Source: Archaeoglobus sp. JdFR-37 (GTDB lineage: Archaea; Halobacteriota; Archaeoglobi; Archaeoglobales; Archaeoglobaceae). From it: a stretch of DNA of 59,324 nucleotides. Below the pieces are notes generated by a model. It was not told where the DNA came from, ran no database searches, and saw nothing but the letters and a program-made list of their open reading frames with translations. Both the position numbers and the translations under genes were made by a program. Every line of letters begins with the position of its first letter. Position 1 is the stretch's first letter. Below are positions 10,713-22,303 of this stretch, in pieces. The DNA lies in NCBI GenBank assembly GCA_002010215.1, contig MTMY01000030.1:1-59324 (forward strand). The letters are read 5' to 3'.

Positions 10713-11091
10713 CCTCCGTATTGCTGAAAACGATCCTAATCATAAACGATGTAATCGTTTCCTGCCCTCCCACAACGCTCTTTTTAATGTCGAACACATC
10801 TATGCTTGCATAGGCACCATGGAGGGCGTAAAGAGTGGTTATCTGTCTGTCGAGCTCTTTGGCACGATCCAGGAAAGAAGAGGGTTCGCTTGCGTAATCT
10901 GTGAGTTCTTCAATGGCAATCCTCCTCAAATCTCTGATTTCATTCTTTGGGAAATTCAGCTGGGTTATTGAAGTCTCTGTTCCTGCCAGCAGGTTCTGGG
11001 AGTAGACGTAGGAAAGCCCGGCAAGCAGTATTGAGATCATTAAGGCCATAGTTATGATTATCTGACCCCTTGTATCTTTTAGACCCTCCAT
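10675..11091 (-). CDS. Class III signal-peptide (minor pilin-like) protein
   Basis: TRG/QIIITMALMISILLAGL; overlaps both neighbours in an operon. Confidence 0.75.
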   Translation of the reverse strand: MEGLKDTRGQIIITMALMISILLAGLSYVYSQNLLAGTETSITQLNFPKNEIRDLRRIAIEELTDYASEPSSFLDRAKELDRQITTLYALHGAYASIDVFDIKKSVVGGQETITSFMIRIVFSNTEVEYEETVLVQLT

Positions 11092-11624
11092 AACGTCAGC
11101 CTCACCTCCAGCAGAATCGGGACATTATTATTAGGCCCCTCAATACCTGAGGAATTGAGTTTGAAGGGAGAATCGTCAACGAATGCTCCATTCCTGATGA
11201 CAAGATATGTGGAGGCAGTAACGGTTGTTGAAGTGGGGATGCGGTTTGTAATGTTGTAAACCTCTATTTTATTGGTTGTCAAGTTCACATAATATACTTG
11301 GAGGTTGAAGTCAGTGTAGTCTGGAAGCAATTTTTCCAGACTGCTGAGGAGTTTATCTGGAACATAAGTGCTGTTTATACGCTTCAAAACATACTGAAGA
11401 GTATCTTCTGCTCCGGATTCATTGTTGAGGATTGTAAGAGCATCCTGTCCGTACTGTCTCATCTGAACGTAGACAACTTCATCTGATACGGGAGAGATTA
11501 TCATTGTACTCTGGAAGAGGAAATAGGCTACGCTGAGTATGAGCACAGCAGCAATTACGCCTTCCAGTGTCATCATCTGTCCTTTATTCTGTCCTTTACC
11601 ACACCGCAACAACGAGTTTGGCAA
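11079..11624 (-). CDS. Class III signal-peptide (minor pilin-like) protein
   Basis: NKG/QMMTLEGVIAAVLIL with Glu in the N-terminal helix; C-terminal EVRLTLW strand. Confidence 0.8.
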   Translation of the reverse strand: MPNSLLRCGKGQNKGQMMTLEGVIAAVLILSVAYFLFQSTMIISPVSDEVVYVQMRQYGQDALTILNNESGAEDTLQYVLKRINSTYVPDKLLSSLEKLLPDYTDFNLQVYYVNLTTNKIEVYNITNRIPTSTTVTASTYLVIRNGAFVDDSPFKLNSSGIEGPNNNVPILLEVRLTLWRV

Positions 11625-12498
11625 CTATTCTCCCTCCTATATACTCCCCAGCGTTAGTTGAGATTACGTAGCCCCTCACGTTGTGCACCTGTACGTCCAC
11701 ATTAACAGTCCCGCTTCTCTGGTTGATGATGTTGGTGAGGTCGAACGTGCCTATTGTATCATTTCCAGAAACGTCTATGACTCGATTACCATCTACGTCA
11801 ACCCTCATCCAAGGATCTGTTGCAGACTGATTGTCATTTCTATCCAGAATTACTATGACAAAGGAACCGACAGGAGGTGTGACAATAAAGTTGTAGTTAA
11901 CAGTGTTGGGCGTATCAACCCGGCTGGAAATGTTTGATACGCTTGAAGTATTCTCAAAAGCTATTATCCTTTCATATTTCGCCACATCTTTCCAGTCAGG
12001 TATGGGGTTGCCAATCAGTAGCAGAGGCTGGCTACCATTCGTGGAATGTGCTGGATTTGAAGAATTACTTGACAGAAGCTGAAGGGAAATGTTAAATCCG
12101 AACTTTCTATCGGGCGTTTCCAGTCCTAGAGCTCTCCTCAGCTCATCCTCTCCGGCCGAAAGGTAGAAGTTCTTTAGCGCATCTATCTTATCCGAATCAA
12201 GTACGTTTGCCTCAGGGCCCATTAAGCCGGGTCTCACCTCCACATCCGGTAAAGAATAGTAATTTTCCCAATCAGTTCCGTTAACACTTCCATTGCTCCA
12301 GTATCCCGGGTCTTCTACAAGAAGGGCTGAAATTCTGTAGGCTAGAGGATAAAGAGCAATTTCACTTCTTTCTGAAGCGAAGATTGTGGGAATGTACTGA
12401 ATGATGAAGACGAAACTGAGAAGGAAAATAGTAAGGCCTACTATAATGTCTAAGCTGAGCTTTCCCTCGACACTTCTGTGACTTTTGTAATTCATCAT
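11596..12498 (-). CDS. Class III signal-peptide-like (minor pilin-like) protein
   Basis: EG/KLSLDIIVGLTIFLLSF resembles the G/QxSxD minor-pilin N-terminus; LVEDPG and C-terminal LVVAVW; first gene of the cluster. Confidence 0.75.
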   Translation of the reverse strand: MMNYKSHRSVEGKLSLDIIVGLTIFLLSFVFIIQYIPTIFASERSEIALYPLAYRISALLVEDPGYWSNGSVNGTDWENYYSLPDVEVRPGLMGPEANVLDSDKIDALKNFYLSAGEDELRRALGLETPDRKFGFNISLQLLSSNSSNPAHSTNGSQPLLLIGNPIPDWKDVAKYERIIAFENTSSVSNISSRVDTPNTVNYNFIVTPPVGSFVIVILDRNDNQSATDPWMRVDVDGNRVIDVSGNDTIGTFDLTNIINQRSGTVNVDVQVHNVRGYVISTNAGEYIGGRIVAKLVVAVW

Positions 12499-12551
12499 TA
12501 TTGTAATAATCGTTAGATGATTTTAGCTTTTCGGTTGTCGAACTCAACGCT

Positions 12552-13592
12552 TCAACCGACTTTAACCTCCTTCAACAAGTTCTCGTCTATAAATTTGCAA
12601 ATATAGGCGTAAACTCCTGGAGAAACCCACACAACTCTCTTCCAGCCACCCCCTCCTTTCAGAAATTTTTCACTCTTCATGTATGCAAAGCTGATACCAA
12701 CAAAACCCTCCACCTGCTGGCCAGCGATTATTCTCTCCATCTCATCGAAGGTCAACCCTATGGGTGTTTTCTTTTTGTAACCCCTGTCAACTATTCCGAA
12801 TCCATCTTTTTCAGGTATGTAAAACACTATTGCTTCACTGTACAATCCTGTCAGAGGTGGAAAAGCTAGAACGCTATGAAGCTTAATTTTCTCAACTTTG
12901 CCTTCTGTCATCTTTTTTACAGCGTCATCCACTCCTGTAAATTCGTCGTTTCCTGCTTTCTTTCCTTTTTCAACCCTAGAGTAGTAATGGACAGCTTCCA
13001 GCTCCTCTGCAGCCTTTGCTTCAGGCCAGGCTGTCCCACACGGTGAAGGACGGTCAGGAGATATTATGCAGACGTGATTTAGAAGATAGTACTGGCATGA
13101 TGTGCAGGCGTAGAAGTCTGTAACTTCATCTTCACTCACTCTATATTCTTCTCTCTGTCTGTGAATCTTCGCTGCCTCCTCTCTAGCTCTTTCAAATTCG
13201 TCCTCATCCAATATCAGCCTGATTTTGACACTCTTAACTCCGGGGATTGAGGTAAAACTATCGTGCAGAACCTTCGCAAGACAATCTGGCGTGAAACGAT
13301 GCATTGATTCGTCAGAAACGATTATTTCCACATTTTCTTTTCTGAATTTGTACTCCACTCCCCCGAATCTATTCACAGTCTCGCCTATAAGGGCTTCAAG
13401 AGCCATTGCTGCTTCATCACTGACACCACCAGCTTCAATCCAGATCCCGATAACGTTGGTAAGCTCGCCTATCACTTCGATGCCCTGATCATCTCCGGGT
13501 GTTACAACTTCAAAGCCCCTGAATACCCTTCCTTTGACTCTCTCTCCGAGGTAAATATCATCGAACTCCAGACACTCAGACTTGATGTCCAT
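12552..13592 (-). CDS. Acetyl-CoA synthase (ACDS) beta-subunit-like paralog, divergent, lacking the Ni-binding CGC motif
   Basis: FYACTSCQ...NHVCIISPDRPSPCG, EAIVFYIPEKDGFGIVDR, GGGWKRVVW match CdhC; PPLTGLYSE replaces PHTSCGCFE. ATG 13592 preferred over ORF start 13622. Confidence 0.85.
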   Translation of the reverse strand: MDIKSECLEFDDIYLGERVKGRVFRGFEVVTPGDDQGIEVIGELTNVIGIWIEAGGVSDEAAMALEALIGETVNRFGGVEYKFRKENVEIIVSDESMHRFTPDCLAKVLHDSFTSIPGVKSVKIRLILDEDEFERAREEAAKIHRQREEYRVSEDEVTDFYACTSCQYYLLNHVCIISPDRPSPCGTAWPEAKAAEELEAVHYYSRVEKGKKAGNDEFTGVDDAVKKMTEGKVEKIKLHSVLAFPPLTGLYSEAIVFYIPEKDGFGIVDRGYKKKTPIGLTFDEMERIIAGQQVEGFVGISFAYMKSEKFLKGGGGWKRVVWVSPGVYAYICKFIDENLLKEVKVG

Positions 13593-13669
13593 CTTGCTAG
13601 GATCAACGTAGCGGTGGAGCATGCGGGATGTGGGGTAGCTATATTTATCATCTTACTGTACTTTTGTTC

Positions 13670-14125
13670 ATGAAGCAAATAGCCGTTGTTGGAGCATCTC
13701 AATGCAATGAGGAAATTTATTCTATTGCTGAGAAGATTGGGGAACTTATAGCTGAAAAAGGATGGATTCTGATCAACGGTGGGCTTGGCGGTGTGATGGA
13801 GGCCAGTGCTAGGGGAGCAAGGAAAAAAGGTGGTGTTGTGGTAGGAATAATTCCACACTCAGACAAGACGTATGCAAATCCTTATTGCAGCATCATCATC
13901 GCTACGAATATGGGACATGCAAGGAACATGGTAATAGTCCATTCCAGCGACGCCATTATTGCGGTTGATGGGGAATACGGCACGATTTCCGAAATAGCGA
14001 TAGCATTGAAGGAGAAGAAGCCCGTGGTGGTAATAAATCCTCCTGTAAGGTTGAAGGATATGATAATTGTCGAAAGCCCTGAAGAGGCTATTAAAATGCT
14101 TGAGGATTCGTTAGGGAGTAGTTAA
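13670..14125 (+). CDS. TIGR00725 / LOG-like Rossmann-fold protein
   Basis: GGLGGVMEASARGA, GHARN, GEYGTISEIAIAL motifs; ATG at 13670. Confidence 0.9.
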   Translation: MKQIAVVGASQCNEEIYSIAEKIGELIAEKGWILINGGLGGVMEASARGARKKGGVVVGIIPHSDKTYANPYCSIIIATNMGHARNMVIVHSSDAIIAVDGEYGTISEIAIALKEKKPVVVINPPVRLKDMIIVESPEEAIKMLEDSLGSS

Positions 14126-14254
14126 AGCTACTTACAAGTTGCTCACAAGCTATTATCCTGTAGTTTACAAGCTATCCAAGAGAATATGCAGGGAGTATTC
14201 CTCGCAATTCCCCAACAATATTACATTGCGACCAAAAAAGGCAATTGAGTTATT

Positions 14255-14617
14255 TCACCCAATACTTGTGCGTCTTAAAAACCACACCTCCAGTTTTATG
14301 CATCCATTGGCATCGCATTCAAAAGCCATACAGCCGAAGCATGGTGGAAGCCCGGCGAGCTCGTCCATAGTCTCCATTAGTTCTATCAGGCTAAGCTCTC
14401 TGCCCTCTTCTTCGATTTCAGCATCCGCTGGGACAATCTTGAAGGTCTTTACGCCATCTACAACAACTTCCACTCTTCTGATCAGACCCTCTTTTTCCAG
14501 CTTCCTGAGTATTCTTGAACATTTACTGCTATCTATGTTCAGCTCCTTCCACAAATCCTTCTGGAGAATAGATCCTTTCTCTTCAAGGATCTGAAGAATC
14601 TGGTCTCTGGTTTCCAT
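14255..14617 (-). CDS. Winged-helix protein with C-terminal 4-Cys motif; TFE-beta / RPC34-like
   Basis: ILQKDLWKEL...SRILRKLEKEGLIRR wHTH plus PPCFGCMAFECDANGC; directly downstream of an Sm gene, the known context of archaeal RPC34/TFE-beta homologs. Confidence 0.7.
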   Translation of the reverse strand: METRDQILQILEEKGSILQKDLWKELNIDSSKCSRILRKLEKEGLIRRVEVVVDGVKTFKIVPADAEIEEEGRELSLIELMETMDELAGLPPCFGCMAFECDANGCIKLEVWFLRRTSIG

Positions 14618-14628
14618 CCTATTTCCTC

Positions 14629-14853
14629 TTATTCCTCAAACGGCTGGATGAGAATTATGTTGTTACCCCTCAATACTATGTTTCCAAGGTTTCTAACCTT
14701 CTCACCATTCTTATACTCCATAGCGTTGCTCATATACACGTTCATGTAGTCGTCAACGCTTTCCAGCTTGCCAACTAAGTCGCTCTCCTCACCTTTCATC
14801 TCTATTCTCACGACCTTGCCAACAAGTGACTTAACTTTCTGGTTCGGAAGCAC
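14629..14853 (-). CDS. Sm-like (LSm) protein, Sm2 type
   Basis: GKLESVDDYMN (Sm1) and LRGNNII (Sm2) motifs; closely resembles Archaeoglobus Sm2; GGAGGTGA RBS. Confidence 0.95.
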   Translation of the reverse strand: MLPNQKVKSLVGKVVRIEMKGEESDLVGKLESVDDYMNVYMSNAMEYKNGEKVRNLGNIVLRGNNIILIQPFEE

Positions 14854-14970
14854 TCTATCACCTCCATCTAAGTCTTGTGAGATTATATTTTAGCATTGTG
14901 GTGTATTCCGGAATCTGGGTAAGCACAAGAACAAAAATCGTATATATACCTTACTGGTTGCTGATAAACC

Positions 14971-15882
14971 ATGATAGTTGTAACTGGAGGCGCAGGATTC
15001 ATTGGAAGCCATGTTACTGATAAGCTCATTGAAATGGGTGAGGAGGTTCTTGTCATAGATAATCTCTCTTCTGGGAGAGCTGAATATATCAATCCTCAGG
15101 CTGAACTGGTAAAACTGGATCTTACTCATCACGAATCACTTGTAGAAGCCATCAAGGGTGCTGAGGTTGTGTGGCACATCGCTGCCAACCCGGATGTAAG
15201 GATGGGGTTGGAGAAACCTGATGAAATATACAGGAATAATATCGAAGCTACTTACAGTCTGCTGGAAGCTATGAGGAAGCTCAAAATCGATAAGGTGGTT
15301 TTTACGAGCACCTCTACGGTTTATGGAGAAGCAGAGATAATCCCAACTCCTGAAGACTATGCTGGCGTGCCCATTTCAATCTATGGTGCCTCAAAGCTGG
15401 CATGCGAGGCCCTAATTGCATCTTATTGCCACACGTTTGATATGCAGAGCTGGATTTACCGGTTTGCCAATGTGATAGGCAAAAGGAGCAACCATGGCGT
15501 CATCTATGATTTCATCCAAAAGATTAGGAGAAATCCAGAGGTGCTGGAGATTTTAGGAGATGGTCAGCAGAACAAATCCTACATCTACATTTCAGACTGT
15601 GTGGAAGGGATGTTCGCCGGATTGAAGGCAGATGAGGCGGTTAACATCTTTAACATAGGTAGCGAGGACCAGGTGAAGGTAAGAAGGATTGCTGAAATAG
15701 TGTGCGAGGAGATGGGAGTTGAGCCGGAATTTGTTTTTACTGGCGGTGATAGAGGGTGGAAGGGAGATGTCCCTGTAATGCTTCTTTCCATAGAAAAGCT
15801 GAAGTCTCTTGGCTGGAAACCAAAGTACTCCTCTGAGGAAGCAGTCAGAATGGCTGTAAAGGATCTTCTCTCTGAAATGTAG
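14971..15882 (+). CDS. galE: NAD-dependent epimerase/dehydratase (UDP-glucose 4-epimerase-like)
   Basis: TGGAGFIG, STSTVYG, YGASK extended-SDR motifs. Confidence 0.88.
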   Translation: MIVVTGGAGFIGSHVTDKLIEMGEEVLVIDNLSSGRAEYINPQAELVKLDLTHHESLVEAIKGAEVVWHIAANPDVRMGLEKPDEIYRNNIEATYSLLEAMRKLKIDKVVFTSTSTVYGEAEIIPTPEDYAGVPISIYGASKLACEALIASYCHTFDMQSWIYRFANVIGKRSNHGVIYDFIQKIRRNPEVLEILGDGQQNKSYIYISDCVEGMFAGLKADEAVNIFNIGSEDQVKVRRIAEIVCEEMGVEPEFVFTGGDRGWKGDVPVMLLSIEKLKSLGWKPKYSSEEAVRMAVKDLLSEM

Positions 15883-15918
15883 TTAGTCTGGTAGGATTCG
15901 GGGCTACTCGATAACGGC

Positions 15919-18429
<2,511 letters not shown>

Positions 18430-18511
18430 ATACTTCACCTCCTACTTAATAGTGAATTCTATAATTCACTGAAAGCGAAAGTGATATATCAAGATTTCGA
18501 AGTCAAGATTT

Positions 18512-19051
18512 ATGATAGAACTCCTAACACTCACCATATGGCTTCTTCTCCCTTCATATACTCCAAATAACTTCGCAGTGATTTTTGGTGGAGGCACTCC
18601 TATAGATATGGGTAAGAAGTTTCGTGATGGAAGGAGGATACTGGGTGATGGAAAAACGTTCAGAGGGTTCTTATTTGGGGTTTTGGGGGGTGTGTTTACG
18701 GGAATCATTCAATATGGTGTTGAGAATATTTTCGGATTTTCTATATTCTCGACTCTTCCGCTTCCGTCTTTTCTCATTCTTAGCTCTCTTCTATCATTTG
18801 GTGCCTTAACGGGTGATATTTTCGGCAGCTTTGTAAAGAGGAGAGTTGGTTTTGAAAGGGGTAGAAGCTTTCCTGTACTAGATCAACTCGGCTTCTTGGT
18901 TTTTGCTTTTCTGTTTGCCAGCATCCATCCAGCCTTCGGAACTCTTTATACTCCCGACGTGATTCTGACGGGAATTATTATAACTCCAATACTCCATGTG
19001 GTCACAAACATAATAGCATACAAGCTTGGATTGAAGGAGGTTCCATGGTGA
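18512..19051 (+). CDS. carS: CDP-archaeol synthase
   Basis: GGGTPIDMG...DGRRILGDGKT, GDIFGSFVKRR, LDQL, C-terminal LKEVPW. Confidence 0.94.
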   Translation: MIELLTLTIWLLLPSYTPNNFAVIFGGGTPIDMGKKFRDGRRILGDGKTFRGFLFGVLGGVFTGIIQYGVENIFGFSIFSTLPLPSFLILSSLLSFGALTGDIFGSFVKRRVGFERGRSFPVLDQLGFLVFAFLFASIHPAFGTLYTPDVILTGIIITPILHVVTNIIAYKLGLKEVPW

Positions 19052-19058
19052 TGCGAGT

Positions 19059-19574
19059 ATGTCAGTGAGGAAGCTAATTCAAAAATTTAAGGAAGTTGGA
19101 GCGCTTCGTTTTGGTGAATTCACACTTTCTTCTGGTAAAAAGAGTAATGTGTATGTAGATGTCAAGCATGCCTGCACCTTTCCAGATGTGCTTGAGGAAA
19201 TAGCAAACCAGATGGCTGAAAAACTCAGAAACGTGGAATTCCACAGAATAGCATGTGTTGAACTTGGTGGAGTCCCTCTTGCAGTTGCTTTGAGCCTGAA
19301 AACCCGAAAGCCCTACCTTATATTCAGAAAGGCCAAAAAAGATTATGGAGTTGAAAGCGACGCTGTTGGAGATATCAGGGCTGGGGAAAAGATAGTTGTG
19401 GTGGAGGATGTAACAACAACTGGTACTTCCGCAGCATCTGTTGTGGAGAGAGTTGAGAAGAAAGGAGGCAGAGTTGTTGCTGTTTTGACAGTTGTCGACA
19501 GAATGGAGGGGGCTGAGGAGAGGCTGAGAAATCTTATTGCCCTTATGAGACTGGATGAGCTTATGAAAGAATAA
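19059..19574 (+). CDS. pyrE: Orotate phosphoribosyltransferase
   Basis: FTLSSGKKS.VYVD, RKAKKDYG, VVVEDVTTTG PRPP-binding motif. Confidence 0.95.
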   Translation: MSVRKLIQKFKEVGALRFGEFTLSSGKKSNVYVDVKHACTFPDVLEEIANQMAEKLRNVEFHRIACVELGGVPLAVALSLKTRKPYLIFRKAKKDYGVESDAVGDIRAGEKIVVVEDVTTTGTSAASVVERVEKKGGRVVAVLTVVDRMEGAEERLRNLIALMRLDELMKE

Positions 19575-20562
19575 TCTTTTTAAGACTCTCCACGCTGATA
19601 TTCATATCCCATTTTCTAAGGAATTCGGCTACTTCCTCAGCACTGAGCTTCCCGTTGAATCTGTATCTTCTGAAAGATTCTCCCACCAGATCTGTTTTCA
19701 CACATAAGGTTTCTGCTATGTCTGCTGCGTATTTTTCCACATCTTCATATTGATCATATTGAAGTTCTGACATTTCACTTACAATGGAATCGTAGCATGA
19801 GAGGAAATCATCAATAAGCTCTGAATTGATCCGCAGAACATCCACATTTGCAGTGAGGCTGCAACATGGAAAACTTCCTATGAGCTGGCTGAATGGTATC
19901 ACCTTGTATCCCTTTTTTTCAAGCCAAGTGAGGTGAGGCTCCCAGATTGCAATTCCTTCAAGCTCACCTTCAGTAAAGCTCTTAACCATGCTCTCTGGAG
20001 AACGGAAGTATCTCAGCTCCCTGATATTGAAAATTTCCCTCACTCTTTTGATGTTCATCTCCATTGTGGACATCTCTGTTGTTCCGAACACTCCATTTGA
20101 TATGTTGCTGTGAGCTATTCCACTACCACCCTCTGCAACCTTTCTCAGCAATCTCAGGTTTTTGTGGAGGACACCAAAAAGGGTCTGAGTCACTAAAGGA
20201 CTTGCTGCGACATCAACACGGCTGTACACAACGTCTTTTGTAAGTGAGATGGCATCACCATATAGTCTTATCTCCGCATCAACCTCCTTTGCAGCTTTTA
20301 CAACGGCTGCATATTCTGTGGATTTGAGTATTCCGATTCTGAGATATCCTTCAACCGGGAACGGAGTATAGCTCTTAAGCCATACTCTCATGGACTTCCC
20401 GGAAATAATGCTCCGAAAGATTACTCCCTCTTTTTCCAGATGAGAGAGTATTTCAGATACTGTTGACTTCGATAGATGGAGTTTGTGACTTATCTCACTC
20501 TGAAGCACACCATCTTCTCCACTTCTCTCAAGCAATTCCATAATTCTCTCTTTTGCTCGCAT
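19561..20562 (-). CDS. wHTH regulator fused to a type-2 periplasmic-binding-fold (SsuA/NlpA-like) domain
   Basis: GVLQSEI...LSKSTVSEILSHLE wHTH; LRIGILKSTEY, IWEP and FPCC typical of the PBP2 fold. ATG 20562 preferred. Confidence 0.75.
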   Translation of the reverse strand: MRAKERIMELLERSGEDGVLQSEISHKLHLSKSTVSEILSHLEKEGVIFRSIISGKSMRVWLKSYTPFPVEGYLRIGILKSTEYAAVVKAAKEVDAEIRLYGDAISLTKDVVYSRVDVAASPLVTQTLFGVLHKNLRLLRKVAEGGSGIAHSNISNGVFGTTEMSTMEMNIKRVREIFNIRELRYFRSPESMVKSFTEGELEGIAIWEPHLTWLEKKGYKVIPFSQLIGSFPCCSLTANVDVLRINSELIDDFLSCYDSIVSEMSELQYDQYEDVEKYAADIAETLCVKTDLVGESFRRYRFNGKLSAEEVAEFLRKWDMNISVESLKKIILS

Positions 20563-20758
20563 TTTTGCTACTCTCCTGATTGGTTGTAAATATGTCATTA
20601 AAGGGTTCTTTAGTTTTTTCACGTGTCGACAAGAAACAAGGATAGGTCATGAAGGTCATAAACCGGATTAAAACTGGCGGAAAGCTTTTGAAAGTTGAAC
20701 CCTTATACGAACTGGCCAGCGTAGTATGTAGGTTAGTGTAGGCAAGGTGTAGAGAGGA

Positions 20759-22195
20759 ATGGGAATGAGGAGAACAAAAATTGTGTGTACTCTTGGACCT
20801 GCAACAGATTCGCAAGAAAAGATAGTGGAACTGATAAAAGCAGGAATGGATGTGGCAAGACTTAACCTCTCCTTTGGAACCAGAGATTACCACAACAGGT
20901 TGATAAATGTGGTGAGAGAGGCATCAAAACGTCTTGAGAAGCCTGTAGCTATACTTATGGATCTTTCTGGACCCAAAATTCGTATTGGTAAACTCTCATC
21001 TCCTGTTACTCTGCACAGGGGGGAGAAAGTGGTTCTTACGTCCGATTACTGCGGTGAGGGTGATAGGATTCCAATCAGCCATCCAGAAGTGCTGGGTTAT
21101 TTAGACGAGGGAGATGTCATTTACTTGGCTGATGGCTCTATAAAGCTTAAAGTAGTTGAAGTAAGGAAGAAAACAATTACGGAGGTAATTACAGAGGTTC
21201 TTGAAGGTGGCTTTCTCACTTCATATAAGGGGGTAAATTTTCCGAACGTTCCTCCCGACATCAGCCCAATAACAGATAAGGATTTGAAAGATTTAGAATT
21301 CGGCTTCAAAAAAGGTGTTGACTGGGTGGCATTGTCTTTTGTGAAATCTGAAAAGGATGTCAAGCGATTGAAAGAAATTATGAATGAAATGGGAGAACAA
21401 ATCCCAATTGTTGCTAAGATAGAGCGTCGTGAAGCCGTTGACGACCTACAAGGAATCTTAGAGGTAGCAGATGGAATAATGATTGCTAGGGGGGATTTAG
21501 GAGTTGAGTTGCCTTTAGAGGAGGTTCCTGTGGTTCAGAAAATGGCCATAAAAATGGCTAATAGACTTGGGAAAGTAGTGATAACTGCTACGCAAATGCT
21601 AAAATCAATGGTTGTCCAGCCTCAGCCTACACGAGCAGAGGTGACTGATGTAGCAAATGCTGTATTGGATGGAAGCGATGCGGTTATGCTCTCAGAGGAA
21701 ACTGCAGCAGGAAGTTATCCTGTAGAGGCCGTGAAGATGATGGATAAAATCATAAGAAAGGTGGAAACAATGTATCCGTATCTACCAGAACATCCAGTTA
21801 GAGGCGTAACAGAATCAATTGCGAGTTCTGCTGCCAGAATCTCAGCAGATTTGGATGCTGATGCCATAATTACCTTCACGCGTACAGGTATATCAGCCAT
21901 GCAGATATCCAGATTCCGCCCTCCTGTCCCAATCCTTGCCGCAGTACATGATGAAAAAACACTAAGGAGACTTTCTCTCGTTTGGGGATGTGTTCCGCTG
22001 ATATCAGTTCCACTGGGTGCAAGTTCTGAGGAACTGGTATACGATATTATATGTGAAGGATTCAAACAGGGACTTTTAAGGGAAAATGGGTGGGTTATTA
22101 TTACTTCGGGCTTTCCATTTGGTAAGCCCGGTACCACGAATACTCTTAAGGTTCTGAAGGTGGGAGATGTGCTCAGATCGGGAATAAAGGGATAA
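20759..22195 (+). CDS. pyk: Pyruvate kinase
   Basis: RRTKIVCTLGPAT, DLSGPKIR, AKIER, IARGDLGVE, ATQML, RAEVTDVANA, MLSEETA. Confidence 0.97.
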   Translation: MGMRRTKIVCTLGPATDSQEKIVELIKAGMDVARLNLSFGTRDYHNRLINVVREASKRLEKPVAILMDLSGPKIRIGKLSSPVTLHRGEKVVLTSDYCGEGDRIPISHPEVLGYLDEGDVIYLADGSIKLKVVEVRKKTITEVITEVLEGGFLTSYKGVNFPNVPPDISPITDKDLKDLEFGFKKGVDWVALSFVKSEKDVKRLKEIMNEMGEQIPIVAKIERREAVDDLQGILEVADGIMIARGDLGVELPLEEVPVVQKMAIKMANRLGKVVITATQMLKSMVVQPQPTRAEVTDVANAVLDGSDAVMLSEETAAGSYPVEAVKMMDKIIRKVETMYPYLPEHPVRGVTESIASSAARISADLDADAIITFTRTGISAMQISRFRPPVPILAAVHDEKTLRRLSLVWGCVPLISVPLGASSEELVYDIICEGFKQGLLRENGWVIITSGFPFGKPGTTNTLKVLKVGDVLRSGIKG

Positions 22196-22303
22196 AGTAA
22201 TGGGTAAAACCCCCTCTTGGATATCTCCAGATCTGCTATTGGGGTGTCATTGCTCTATCAGCACCGTCAGCGGACATAAATAGTACAAGATCAAACTTCA
22301 TTC

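Noticed and set aside
14126..14254. Short ACAAGCTA/ACAAGTT repeats between convergent genes as a CRISPR remnant
   Set aside because: Units are 8-11 bp with irregular short spacing; no cas genes or leader.
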